A DNA stretch of 64,000 nt from Candidatus Omnitrophota bacterium. GTDB lineage: Bacteria > Omnitrophota > Gorgyraeia > 2-01-FULL-45-10. The notes below the pieces were generated by a model, which was given only the letters and a program-made list of their open reading frames with translations, was not told where the DNA came from and did no database searches. This document shows positions 10,473 to 20,514 of the stretch, in pieces; the first letter of the stretch is position 1, and every line of letters begins with the position of its first letter. Both the position numbers and the translations under genes were made by a program. The stretch lies in the NCBI GenBank assembly GCA_030695905.1, contig JAUYOL010000036.1, positions 182,814 through 246,813 on the forward strand. The letters run 5' to 3'.

Positions 10473-11741
10473 CTAATCTCCTACTATCCTCGGTGATGGC
10501 AGCGGTACTATGTACCTTCCCTTAAATCCTTTTTCTCTCAACTTGGGCATTAATTCATCGGCTATGTGCCACGAGAGCAAAAGCGCATATTCCGGCTGGT
10601 ACTTGAAAAGCAACGATTCTTCCAATATTGGTATAAGTGTCCCGGGCATATATTTGCCGATCTTGTATGAACCCTTGATCTCCAAAACGCAATCCAGTAT
10701 ACCGTCATCGATCCCGGTATAATTTATAAGCGTGCTTGCTCTTGAGGGCGCGCTTATACCATATATCCTTCCGCCATTCTTTTTAATGTCTTTTAATAAA
10801 GAGCTTAACTCCAGTTTGGACAATACGACCTTGTCCTTGAACTTCATCAGGCTTTCTTTGCTAAGAACAACCGGGGCCTCTTCCTTCAGGAGCGCGACAA
10901 CCGTATCCCTCACCTTATATTGCCCCTTCCTTGCCGCATATACTCTTATTGAACCTCCGTGAGTAGGGATGCGCTTGGCATGGAATATCTCCAGGCCGTG
11001 CGCCTTAAGAAGATACTGCAGGCTATGCAGCGAATAATAGCGCAGGTGTTCATGGTAGATAGTATCATATTGCAGCGTTTCGATAAGAGGCAAAAGATAG
11101 TGTGACTCTGAAATAAATACGCCGTTTTTTGACAATAACCGGAGGATGCATTCTACTATTTCATTGATATCTTCAATATGGGCAAAGACGTTGGTTGCCG
11201 TAATAACCTTTGCCTGGCCGCTCTTTGTCAAAATATTCTCTACAACATCTTTTGTAAAGTAATCGATGACGGTAGGTATGCCCCGCTTGATCGCGATCTT
11301 GCCGATATCTTCCGGTGTAATGCCGAGAACGTTATGGAGGCCCTTGAAGTTGCTTAAAAGGTTTCCGTCGTTTGAGCCGATATCCACGACCAGGTCGCTT
11401 GATTTCAGGTCTATCAGGCCAATGCATTCTTTGTAAAGTTCGGCAAAGTTTTCTCTCAATATTTTGGTCGTGCTACTGGTATAAGGGTATTCCGAAGGAA
11501 ACAATATACCGGCGTCAACGATGAGGCCGAGCTGTACCAGGCGGCATTTAGCGCAATATAATAACTGAGCAGGGTAACTATTTTCTTCCTTTGGCATTTC
11601 ACCGATCTTGTGCATCTTATTTACCGGAGGCAGATACCCTAGAAAAAGAATCGGTTCCAGTTTAGGGTTGTCACATATCTGACAACGTTCGACAACAACG
11701 CTTGAGCCTGTCTTGAAAGTAAGATTAGCGGTATTATTCAA
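10473..11741 (-). CDS. Second NDP-sugar C-methyltransferase
   Basis: CQIC, DIGSNDG, YDTIYHEHLRYY, THGGSIR; probable TTG start at 11741 after an AAGGGGA RBS. Confidence 0.88.
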   Translation of the reverse strand: MNNTANLTFKTGSSVVVERCQICDNPKLEPILFLGYLPPVNKMHKIGEMPKEENSYPAQLLYCAKCRLVQLGLIVDAGILFPSEYPYTSSTTKILRENFAELYKECIGLIDLKSSDLVVDIGSNDGNLLSNFKGLHNVLGITPEDIGKIAIKRGIPTVIDYFTKDVVENILTKSGQAKVITATNVFAHIEDINEIVECILRLLSKNGVFISESHYLLPLIETLQYDTIYHEHLRYYSLHSLQYLLKAHGLEIFHAKRIPTHGGSIRVYAARKGQYKVRDTVVALLKEEAPVVLSKESLMKFKDKVVLSKLELSSLLKDIKKNGGRIYGISAPSRASTLINYTGIDDGILDCVLEIKGSYKIGKYMPGTLIPILEESLLFKYQPEYALLLSWHIADELMPKLREKGFKGRYIVPLPSPRIVGD

Positions 11742-12708
11742 GTGTGTCCCCCTTATATTGTTTATCGTACCATACGGCCGTAAGATCCAACCCCTTGGCA
11801 AAAAAGGTTTTTGGCACATACCCCAGTTTCTTTAATTTCGAAATATCGGGGCAGCGGTGCAACGTTCCCCCTTCAGCCGGCTTGCCCGGCCTGACGATGA
11901 TCTTCCTGTTAAAATACCTTCCCACTTCCGCGGCTAATTTTTTAATCGTCACCTCTTCCATGGTCCCGATGTTGTAGATGCCCAGATGTTCTCCCTTTTT
12001 AATAACCATCATGAGCCCGTCAATAAAATCGTCTATAAAAACAAATGATCGTGTCTCTTGGCCGGTCCCCTGTATGGGGAACTGTATCTGTTTCGAACTG
12101 TTTTTTCCGCAAAGCTCTTTCATCCTGAGAATAAACTGCGGGATGACATGTTCTTTGCCCATATCGGGCCCATATACATTATGCGGCCTGAATATAATTA
12201 CCCTGTCAAAATGCTTCCGTCCGTAATTTATAGCCATGAGCTCGCTGATTATCTTGCCTCCGCCGTAAGAATAGCGCGGGTTAAGCGGATCGGGAATACT
12301 CAGCGGCACCTTTTCGTCAGTGGGGATATTCGGCGGCGTCTGATATACTTCCGAACTGGAGGCTACTATTAATTCACGCACGCCCTCTTTGATACATGCG
12401 TCTATAATATTGACTATGCCTTTCACTCCGATCTCAAGTACCAGTTCCGGTTTGGTATAGAAAAATTCCGTGCCATTCAAATATGCAAGATGGCATACGG
12501 CATCCACTCCCTTACATGCTTCTTGAACAGCTTTTGGTTCACGTATATCTGCCTTGATCACCTCTATTTGAGACGATATATTCTTGAGCCTGTCGAATCC
12601 TCCCCTGGAACCGTTATCTAAAACCCTTACCCGGCACCCGTCTTTTAAAAGACTGCGCACGAGGGCACTGCCTATAAAACCCGTTCCGCCGGTTACCAGA
12701 TATTTCAT
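11734..12708 (-). CDS. Extended SDR epimerase/decarboxylase-like
   Basis: TGGTGFIG, SSSEVY, YGGGK, RPHNVYGP. Confidence 0.85.
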   Translation of the reverse strand: MKYLVTGGTGFIGSALVRSLLKDGCRVRVLDNGSRGGFDRLKNISSQIEVIKADIREPKAVQEACKGVDAVCHLAYLNGTEFFYTKPELVLEIGVKGIVNIIDACIKEGVRELIVASSSEVYQTPPNIPTDEKVPLSIPDPLNPRYSYGGGKIISELMAINYGRKHFDRVIIFRPHNVYGPDMGKEHVIPQFILRMKELCGKNSSKQIQFPIQGTGQETRSFVFIDDFIDGLMMVIKKGEHLGIYNIGTMEEVTIKKLAAEVGRYFNRKIIVRPGKPAEGGTLHRCPDISKLKKLGYVPKTFFAKGLDLTAVWYDKQYKGDTLE

Positions 12709-12709
12709 C

Positions 12710-13777
12710 TTAAGCCTTCCTTATAAACATCTTCGTTAATTGTGCCGCATTAAAAAGGATGTTAGTCGTAATGGCGCATTCGTAGGTGCAATAGCACTTG
12801 GTATCCTTGATAAAGCTCCTGAGCTTTGCCGCCCGGGCAGAACGCCATAGTTTTTTAAAATCATAATCTGCGTCTTTTATATTGCCGATCTTCTTGTCAA
12901 GCATTTCGCAGGGGTATAGGTCTCCGGTCTGGGTCATGACACAGCTGATATTTCCTGCTCGGCAGGGGATCACGAATCTATCCTCTTTAAATACGGTGGA
13001 TATGACCTGTTTCTGCAGCAGTTCTCTGCGCTTGATAAAGGTTTTGCCCAGCAAATTAAAATGCCCGAGATCTCCCGTGGCCCATCCTTCTTTCTGGATC
13101 TTTATGAACTCGAAATAATGCTTCAGGTCCACTTCGCCCAGGTCGGTGGAGCGCGGTTTACCTCTTATAAGATTGATCGAAATAGTGTCCGGTTTAACCT
13201 CGCTCCTCAGGAACAACGCTAAGGCCCCCATCTCCTTTTGATTTTCTGCGCTGCAGGTAGTAATGGTCGCTACATTCAGATTCTTAAAGTCTTTTTTGAG
13301 CTTCTTAAGCTCCCGTACCGTGCCCAGGGCCTTTTCAAACCCGCCCTGAAGGCCCCTGATCCGGTCATGAGTCTCCTTCATACCGTCCAGTGAGACGTAT
13401 AGTATTACGCGTGAGCCTTTGCATGCCTTGCATATATCGGAAACCGAACGAATGACATGATCCTGCAAAATGCCGTTTGTACATATGGTCAGGAGGTTGA
13501 ATCTGTTGTTATCATAAAAGATCCTGGCGATCTGGGCGATATCCTCTCTTAAAAAAGGCTCGCCACCGGTCAGGGAGAGCCAGAGCAGTTCACCCATTCC
13601 CTGCGAGAGCTTCTCTATCTCTTTTAAGGATAATTCGTCTTTCGGGCCGTGCAGGTTCTCGAGGTAAAAGCAGTGCCTGCACCTGAGGTTGCATCTGGAA
13701 GTAATGAAAAAAATGAACTGGAGCGGGTCACCTTTAGAGAAAAATATTCTTGGCAGAAATTTGAGCAGATTAGCCAT
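12710..13777 (-). CDS. Radical SAM protein with SPASM/twitch domain
   Basis: CNLRCRHC, TGGEP, C-terminal CRAG...YPCE...CYCTYEC. Confidence 0.88.
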   Translation of the reverse strand: MANLLKFLPRIFFSKGDPLQFIFFITSRCNLRCRHCFYLENLHGPKDELSLKEIEKLSQGMGELLWLSLTGGEPFLREDIAQIARIFYDNNRFNLLTICTNGILQDHVIRSVSDICKACKGSRVILYVSLDGMKETHDRIRGLQGGFEKALGTVRELKKLKKDFKNLNVATITTCSAENQKEMGALALFLRSEVKPDTISINLIRGKPRSTDLGEVDLKHYFEFIKIQKEGWATGDLGHFNLLGKTFIKRRELLQKQVISTVFKEDRFVIPCRAGNISCVMTQTGDLYPCEMLDKKIGNIKDADYDFKKLWRSARAAKLRSFIKDTKCYCTYECAITTNILFNAAQLTKMFIRKA

Positions 13778-14735
13778 GAGTACCCCTTTTCAGGATGCCG
13801 TAAGACAGCCCGGCAAGGAAAACCGGATAGATCTCGAACAGGACAACGTAAGACCTTAAGCCAAAAAGAAGGCCCCTGGCTTTGACCAGATACGATAAAA
13901 AAGGCGCTATCGAAATATTGTATACACCAAAAAACAGCAAAAAAGGGACGAATGTGATCTTGAGCAGGCTGATGGAAAATAAAAGACAAAGGCCCGATAA
14001 TGCCGCTATCTTAATCGAAAGGGGCCACGCATTATCCTTTACCTTTCCTGAAAAACCTTCGCGTTTTACGTAAAGCCCCACTTCGGCGCTTTTCTTAAGA
14101 TAGTCTTTTATCAGGCCTAGATGATTATAATATTTCAGATGCGTTACCCTGAGCTTAGGGTCAATTTTACAATGGTAGCCCCCCTTGGCAAGCCTTTTGC
14201 CGAGCTCAATATCTTCGTAATAAGACATCTCTTCGTTATATTCCCCGATAGCCTCAAAAACGCTCTTTTTTATGGCAAAGAAAAAAGAACAGGTGATGTC
14301 CGTAGGGCTGGACAATCTTTCATATCTGTACACTATGAATAAGTTTTGGAACTGGCTGAAAAAACCGGGCTGAGGGGTATCTTCTGCATATATACCGAAA
14401 ACCGAGTCCGTACCAGGCGCGGATATCGCATTAATAATTTCCTCCACTGAGTCCGGATTAAGCATGACATCCGCATCAACAAATACAAGGATATCTCCGG
14501 AAGCATTTTTTGCCCCGTAGTTCCTTACCTTGGCCGGAGAAATACGCTTTCCGGTCTTGATTATCTTAAACGGATAACTTTGCGCTTTTTGAACAGTGTC
14601 ATCCGTAGAGCAATCGTCTACCAGTAGAACCTCGAGATCCCCGGCCGTCTGTCTTGATACAGCCGACAGACAGCTCTCGATGCAGCCGGAGGCATTATAC
14701 ATCGGTATAATTACAGATACTTTTTTACCTGACAT
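13770..14735 (-). CDS. GT2 glycosyltransferase with C-terminal TM helices
   Basis: VSVIIPMYN, VDDCSTD, FVDAD, YEDIE. Confidence 0.9.
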   Translation of the reverse strand: MSGKKVSVIIPMYNASGCIESCLSAVSRQTAGDLEVLLVDDCSTDDTVQKAQSYPFKIIKTGKRISPAKVRNYGAKNASGDILVFVDADVMLNPDSVEEIINAISAPGTDSVFGIYAEDTPQPGFFSQFQNLFIVYRYERLSSPTDITCSFFFAIKKSVFEAIGEYNEEMSYYEDIELGKRLAKGGYHCKIDPKLRVTHLKYYNHLGLIKDYLKKSAEVGLYVKREGFSGKVKDNAWPLSIKIAALSGLCLLFSISLLKITFVPFLLFFGVYNISIAPFLSYLVKARGLLFGLRSYVVLFEIYPVFLAGLSYGILKRGTHG

Positions 14736-14740
14736 GATTA

Positions 14741-15475
14741 TTACCCTTTTAACTTAACAGCTGCCGGAACTTTTCTAAGATACGTGGTGATAAACCCGTA
14801 AAAATACCAGCGCAAATAATATGGAAGCCACTTAAACAGGCGAAAATGGCTCTTCCCCTTTTCACGCTGATACCAGGAAGACGGCACTTCGGCGATCTTC
14901 CAGCACAAACGGTGGCATTTAACTAAAAACTCCAGCGAATATGTAAAACCCTGGCTCGACTCGATCGGGACAGTATCGAGAATCCTTCTGGAGAATAACC
15001 TGAAACCGTTGCTGGCATCTTTTATCGGAATGCTTGCCAGCCAATAAAGCGTAAATGAAGCGGAGCGTACCAGGAATGATTTTAGCCAGGGGCAGCCTTT
15101 CATACAGCCGCCTTTCATGAAACGGCTGGCGGCAACAATATCATTTCCCTCTTTGAATTTTTCGTACATCCTGTCTATTATCCTGGTATTATCGTTATCG
15201 TCCGCCGGGAATACCAATACTGCCGGCGCGTCGCTGGCATTGAATCCCGCGATAACCGCGTTATGCACTCCTCCGGCGTTATTCTTAACGAATATCACCT
15301 TATATGGCAGCTCCCTGGCGGCATCTTTAGCCACGGGCAGCGTATTATCATCATCGCGATCGTAACAAATCAAAACGCGGAAAGGCGTGGAAACATCTTT
15401 TTTAAGCAGCCTAAAGACTGTCGCAATATTTTCGCCTTCGTTATAAACAGGAATGACTATATCTAATCTATCCAT
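14741..15475 (-). CDS. GT2 polyprenol-phosphate glycosyltransferase (DPM1/ArnC-like)
   Basis: IVIPVYNEGEN, PADD, ASRFMKGG, DASNGFRL, REKGKSHF. Confidence 0.85.
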   Translation of the reverse strand: MDRLDIVIPVYNEGENIATVFRLLKKDVSTPFRVLICYDRDDDNTLPVAKDAARELPYKVIFVKNNAGGVHNAVIAGFNASDAPAVLVFPADDNDNTRIIDRMYEKFKEGNDIVAASRFMKGGCMKGCPWLKSFLVRSASFTLYWLASIPIKDASNGFRLFSRRILDTVPIESSQGFTYSLEFLVKCHRLCWKIAEVPSSWYQREKGKSHFRLFKWLPYYLRWYFYGFITTYLRKVPAAVKLKG

Positions 15476-16242
15476 TAGAAGTTTTTTAACAATCCTCGCT
15501 CTATTTTTTTCCATTGTCCATAATTTAAAGAAGCGTCCTTTGCAAGATCAAGGCCTATGCTTTTAGATATATCGGTACCCCTGCATGGCCGTAAAGAGGG
15601 CTTGAATTCCTTATACCTCTGGTAATCAGATTGCCTTTGACTGCCGATATTTATTGTGCCGATAAATTTACTTTCAAGCAATACCATAATCGCCCTGGCC
15701 AGATAGTCTATTGTGACTTTGGATGAATACAGGTCTGTAGCGGAACGGTCAAAGCTAATCTTGCCCGGATTAAAAAAACTGGTACGTATAATACAGAAAT
15801 TTTTGAGCAAATGCACGGCACACTCGGCGCCAAGCTTCGTCCATCCATAAATATTATATGGAATGGTTTCGTCTTTTTCGGAATAATTACCTTTTGTGCC
15901 GGGATATACCCCATCGGTAGAGATCTGTATAAATCTAAAGGGCCTCTTCAATCGCGTCTCCTCGCTTATTACCGCCATCACAAGATTGGCCGTCCCCTTT
16001 ATATTTGTTTCAATGGCCGCTATCGGATGCTTTTCACATTCGGTCATGCGCGCGAGAGCGGCGCAATGTATGATAGCGTCGAACTTGTGTTTATTAAAAT
16101 ATCCTTCGACTGAAGAATATCTCGTTATATCTAAAAGATCCTTCCCGGGAGTCAAAAAATATCCGCGGACACCTTCTTTTAATATAGCCGTGCCCAGCTG
16201 GCCGTAGGCCCCTGTTAGAAGCACCTTCTTATACTTTTGCAT
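15475..16242 (-). CDS. RmlD-like NDP-4-ketosugar reductase
   Basis: TGAYGQLG, IIHCAA, ISTDGVY, YGWTK. Confidence 0.8.
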   Translation of the reverse strand: MQKYKKVLLTGAYGQLGTAILKEGVRGYFLTPGKDLLDITRYSSVEGYFNKHKFDAIIHCAALARMTECEKHPIAAIETNIKGTANLVMAVISEETRLKRPFRFIQISTDGVYPGTKGNYSEKDETIPYNIYGWTKLGAECAVHLLKNFCIIRTSFFNPGKISFDRSATDLYSSKVTIDYLARAIMVLLESKFIGTINIGSQRQSDYQRYKEFKPSLRPCRGTDISKSIGLDLAKDASLNYGQWKKIERGLLKNF

Positions 16243-17443
16243 TTTTTCTTTCAATTATTCCCCATAAATCGATAACATCTACTTTTTCCGGAATATGTAT
16301 TTTTTTATAGGCGGAATGAGGAGCCCCGACTATTATCACATCGCAGGATTTTAACAGCTTTTCTTTCGTAACAAAATCCGAATTTTTAGCATATTCATCG
16401 GAATAGTAGACCGTCGCTCCGTGAAACCTTAAGATCTTACCGAGTTTATACGAAAGTGAATCTCTTATATCATCAGTATCGGCCTTGAAGGCCATCCCGA
16501 GTATGCCTATCATGGTTTTATGCAGGTCGCGCTTTTCCCTTAATTTCTCCACCAAGAAATTAGGCAGGCCCTCATTGATCATCATCGCCGCATGGCCTAA
16601 AATAAAATTATTGCTGCTGAATGCGGCCAGCTGCATCGTATCTTTCAGAAGGCAAGGGCCTGCAGCAAAACCTGCTGTCGGCAAGGTCGCCATCCTGCCA
16701 TACCCTTCGGTCATCGCTTTGCGCACATTGTTATAGTCAACCCCGAAATTCCTGGTGATCATATAGAATTGATTGGTCATGGCAAATTGCATGTATCTCC
16801 AGGAATTAGTAAACAGCTTGACCAGCTCCGCCTCTCCCATAGAGGTCTTAATGATCTTGGGCGAAATAACGCCGAACAGTCTCGCGGCCTCATCAACCGC
16901 TTCATCGCTCATGCCGGCAACTATCTGGGGCAATTCATTCAATTCTTTAACGGCATATCCCTGGACTATCCGCTCCGGACAATACGCTATGCGCCATCCG
17001 GCATTCCGGCCCAATATCTTTAAGACCTGCTGGCAGGTGTGAGGATAGACCGTACTGCGAATGATAATGACCTGTCTTTTGTTCAGATATCTCTTTAATT
17101 TAAGAAAAAGCTCCAGAAAGGCGCGTGTCTTCGGGGTGAGGTGTTCGTCTACGGGCGTCCCTATAGCTATGATGACATACCTTCCTTTTGAAACGACCTT
17201 TTCATCCAACGATACTTTAAGTTTCTCATTTTTCAGAACTTCTCTTAATATCGGTTCGGCGCCATGCTCCATAAAGGGCATGATGCCTTTTTTTACCATG
17301 CCTGCCTTGGCCGGGTCGATATCGCACAGGCACGTCCTAAGGCCCTTGTTGGCCAGCACCAGGCCAAGGGGTAATCCGACATGCCCCAGGCCGCCTATGA
17401 TCACCACATCGAAAGAAAAGCGCTCATTATCCTTCTTTTTCAT
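16229..17443 (-). CDS. Nucleotide-sugar 6-dehydrogenase (UDP-Glc/GDP-Man/WecC family)
   Basis: GGLGHVG, IRSTVYP, CPERI, GFAAGPCLLKD, GMAFKA..DIRDS. Confidence 0.88.
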   Translation of the reverse strand: MKKKDNERFSFDVVIIGGLGHVGLPLGLVLANKGLRTCLCDIDPAKAGMVKKGIMPFMEHGAEPILREVLKNEKLKVSLDEKVVSKGRYVIIAIGTPVDEHLTPKTRAFLELFLKLKRYLNKRQVIIIRSTVYPHTCQQVLKILGRNAGWRIAYCPERIVQGYAVKELNELPQIVAGMSDEAVDEAARLFGVISPKIIKTSMGEAELVKLFTNSWRYMQFAMTNQFYMITRNFGVDYNNVRKAMTEGYGRMATLPTAGFAAGPCLLKDTMQLAAFSSNNFILGHAAMMINEGLPNFLVEKLREKRDLHKTMIGILGMAFKADTDDIRDSLSYKLGKILRFHGATVYYSDEYAKNSDFVTKEKLLKSCDVIIVGAPHSAYKKIHIPEKVDVIDLWGIIERKNAKV

Positions 17444-17798
17444 CTAAAGAGTCTCCTTTTAGTACGCTACTATTGCCATTGGCGTTAAGACTTTCCCACT
17501 CCTGTCTTATCTTGTTATACTCTTCTTCCTTGATCTTCAAAAAAAGGTGCATAAGCCGTATCCTCTCTTCCAGGCCTTTTTTGGTAAGGCTATACTGGAT
17601 CTTACTGATCTTCCCTGGGTTTTCGGAAAAACTTTTATATTTGACTATGCCCTTTTCGATGAGGGCATTGAGCAGATAATTCGTCTTACCGAGAGATATT
17701 CCAAGCTTATCTGAAATATTCCTCTGGGTAATGGCTGAATTACTGTCTATTTCCTTGATTATATGCAGAATTTCTTCTTTTGGGGGATGTTCATTCAT
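17427..17798 (-). CDS. MarR family EPS-associated transcriptional regulator
   Basis: TQRNISDKLGISLGKTNYLLNALIEKG...YSLTKKG winged helix. Confidence 0.85.
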   Translation of the reverse strand: MNEHPPKEEILHIIKEIDSNSAITQRNISDKLGISLGKTNYLLNALIEKGIVKYKSFSENPGKISKIQYSLTKKGLEERIRLMHLFLKIKEEEYNKIRQEWESLNANGNSSVLKGDSLDEKEG

Positions 17799-17836
17799 TG
17801 AACAAAAATTCTACCAGAAGGACTTGATATAATCAA
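17788..17836 (-). promoter_or_regulatory. Sigma70 promoter plus palindromic operator over the MarR start codon
   Basis: TTGATT (17831-17836), 17-nt spacer, TGG-TAGAAT (17808-17813); perfect palindrome TGTTCA-N5-TGAACA at 17788-17804. Confidence 0.65.
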
Positions 17837-17890
17837 CAAAAATCGCTTGTGGCGTTGGTGTCCAGAAGCATCTTTTACTGCTGTATTCAC

Positions 17891-18937
17891 CTATATTTGT
17901 GCCAAATACCAGTTCTTTTGTATATTATAGGTCGGGTGCATCATAAAATTCCGCCTGACATCGCTTATAGAGGCCCCTACCATGCCGTTAATAGAATAAT
18001 CCCCCAGCCCTTCTTCATGCAGATAATAGAGATAACCTATATCCTCTGGCTCAAGCCCCATTAATCTGGCCCCGACCCCGTCCGCTTTCAGGGCATCCGT
18101 TGACGCGACCGCCGCATCCAGCTTTACAGGAAAACCGTCTACGGGGCCGTTTCCGTCCATGCAATCAAACGCGTCCAATACCACTAGATCCGGCCAGGTA
18201 AGTTTGGCCAGATCGACAATATTTCTATGAATAACCTTTGTAGATCTCATGTACGCAACCGACTTTTTAAAAATAAGGTTTACCAGGCCCGGAAGCCTTC
18301 TCCTCATCCAAGCTATGGCAGACGTGGGAATATATGTGAATATAGTTTTGGCGTCGGGCGCACTTGGAGTACGGAGGCCGTGAAGCAGCGACTTGTCTTC
18401 CTGCCTGATCAGGCCCGCCATATTTTTTATACCGAATGTAGCTATGGCGTAGTTATGAGTTTTGGGCACCCCTATGGATATCCTGAAGTCAAAGGCGGAT
18501 AAACGCTTTACGATCCGTATCTTTTCAGGGCCCGCTATAGACATGATCATATGCTCGGAATAATCCGCATGATCTTCAATGCATTCTATACTTACGTTAT
18601 CGTATTTTTTTATGAGGTCAAAATACCCGAATTTTCTGAAGACTTCATTCGTGGATGTCTTTTCATAATGCGCACTTCCGCTCCCTTCCAGGATAACGAA
18701 CCGGCTGTGGCGCAGCTCGGCAAAATTACCCAGCAAGAAATCTATTACGGCCTCTACCGCCTCCCGGTGCGTATTAGCAGTTTTATTGTTGGTAGCAGTC
18801 AGATTGGGCTTTATTAGTATCTCTTTTTTACTGCGGATCACTTCCAGGTCCGGCTTTATGAGGTCCAGGGATTTTTGTATATTGCCATACCTGCCGGAGC
18901 CTTTGACTAAAGAAACTTTTTTAATATAGTTATCCAT
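17891..18937 (-). CDS. DUF362 domain protein
   Basis: ILIKPNL, PKTHNY, GIKNMAG, MDGNGPVDG, ASTDALKAD. Confidence 0.8.
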   Translation of the reverse strand: MDNYIKKVSLVKGSGRYGNIQKSLDLIKPDLEVIRSKKEILIKPNLTATNNKTANTHREAVEAVIDFLLGNFAELRHSRFVILEGSGSAHYEKTSTNEVFRKFGYFDLIKKYDNVSIECIEDHADYSEHMIMSIAGPEKIRIVKRLSAFDFRISIGVPKTHNYAIATFGIKNMAGLIRQEDKSLLHGLRTPSAPDAKTIFTYIPTSAIAWMRRRLPGLVNLIFKKSVAYMRSTKVIHRNIVDLAKLTWPDLVVLDAFDCMDGNGPVDGFPVKLDAAVASTDALKADGVGARLMGLEPEDIGYLYYLHEEGLGDYSINGMVGASISDVRRNFMMHPTYNIQKNWYLAQI

Positions 18938-19424
18938 TGCCGGGCCTATTCTTTTGCACTCGTTCAATCATTAAACACCATCCATAGGCTGAAATTATGG
19001 CTATAAAGGGCATCATCGGCACTCGCAGCCTTTCGCAGACATCCCACATAAGGGCGCTTAATAAAGCTATTTTCTGATCTATCTCCAATGTCGCTCTATA
19101 AACTATGAAAGCCATAATAAAAGTCATCGCTATCTGCAAAAGGACTACTCCGTCGAGCGGGATCTTCAATATACCGTTAAGAATGGCGAGAAATAGCGGA
19201 TAACCGGGGGTTCTGAACATTTCATATGTCAATGCTCCATTTTCATTTTGCGTAGCAAAAACACCCTTAGTTGTAAGCATATCAGATAATTTCAAATATC
19301 CATAAGAGTCGGGTAATAATTTTCCTTGTGGGGCATGAATTGCGGCAAACAGGAAGAGCGAAAGCTTTATTACTAAAGCTATAGCAATGATAATAAGAAT
19401 GTAGCGCTTATTTTGAGCCTTCAA
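18930..19424 (-). pseudogene. Internally deleted GT39/ArnT-like membrane glycosyltransferase
   Basis: N-terminus with PDSYGY and RTPGYPLFL runs directly into a typical C-terminal motif, RLRVPMMPFIAI; only 164 aa. Confidence 0.55.
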
Positions 19425-20514
19425 TGATTTTTTCTACTATAAGTTTCAGCTCTTTGGTTCCCAACTCAGGATATATCGGTATGGAAAAAGTTTGGGAGGC
19501 GGCGGATTCAGATTCAGGAATAGCGCCTTTTTTGTAATTTAGGTCTTTGTAACACTCTTGCAGGTGTAACGGAACAGGATAGTAGGTCCGGGCCTCAATA
19601 CCTGCGTCATTAAGAAATTTTGCTAATTTCTCTGGACTTGGCTTGACCCGCAAAGTGTAAAGATGGTAAGTATGCGTATTATAAGAAGGTGCAAATGGTG
19701 CCATAATAGCGCTTATATCTTTCAAATGATCATTATAGTACTGGGCGGCCCTGCGTCGGCCATCCAGCCACTTGTTCAAATATTTGAGCTTTATCCTTAG
19801 AATAGCCGCCTGGAGAGCATCGAGGCGGGAATTAGCGCCTATCTCTGAATGAATATATCTTATCGTGCTGCCATGAACGCGCAGCATCTTTATTTTGTCG
19901 GCAATTGCCTTATTATTTGTGACAACCATGCCGCCGTCACCGAAACCGCCCAAATTCTTGCTCGGGAAAAAACTTAAAGCTCCCGCATCGCCCATTGATC
20001 CAGCCTGCCTGTCTTTATAGGTTGCGCCCATGGCTTGAGCCGTATCTTCGATCACTTTTAAATTATTGATCTTAGCGATTTCTAAAATTCTGTCCATATC
20101 GGCACATTGGCCAAACAAGTGCACAGGGATAATCGCCTTAGTGCGTTTGGTTATCTTATCTTCTATCAATTCCGGATTAATGCAGTAAGTCTTCGGGTCG
20201 ATATCAACAAATATCGGCTTCGCGCCCAATATAGACACCGATTCGGCCGTAGCGAAAAATGTAAATGGAGTTGTAATGACTTCATCGCCGGGGCCTATGC
20301 CAAGAGCCTTGAGCGATAATATAAGCGCATCCGTGCCTGAGGCAACGCCTACCGCGTATTTTGTCCCGCAATATACGGCAACTTCGCGTTCGAATGCCTC
20401 CACCTCCGGCCCAAGTATAAAATGCTGGCTTCCGACAACTTTCATTAAAGCTGCGTCTATCTCATTTTTTATGCTCTTATACTGCGCTTGCAAATCTAAA
20501 ATAGGTATCTTCAT
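19408..20514 (-). CDS. DegT/DnrJ/EryC1/StrS sugar aminotransferase
   Basis: SGTDAL, EDTAQA, SFFPSKNLG, NSRLDALQA. Confidence 0.93.
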   Translation of the reverse strand: MKIPILDLQAQYKSIKNEIDAALMKVVGSQHFILGPEVEAFEREVAVYCGTKYAVGVASGTDALILSLKALGIGPGDEVITTPFTFFATAESVSILGAKPIFVDIDPKTYCINPELIEDKITKRTKAIIPVHLFGQCADMDRILEIAKINNLKVIEDTAQAMGATYKDRQAGSMGDAGALSFFPSKNLGGFGDGGMVVTNNKAIADKIKMLRVHGSTIRYIHSEIGANSRLDALQAAILRIKLKYLNKWLDGRRRAAQYYNDHLKDISAIMAPFAPSYNTHTYHLYTLRVKPSPEKLAKFLNDAGIEARTYYPVPLHLQECYKDLNYKKGAIPESESAASQTFSIPIYPELGTKELKLIVEKIIEGSK

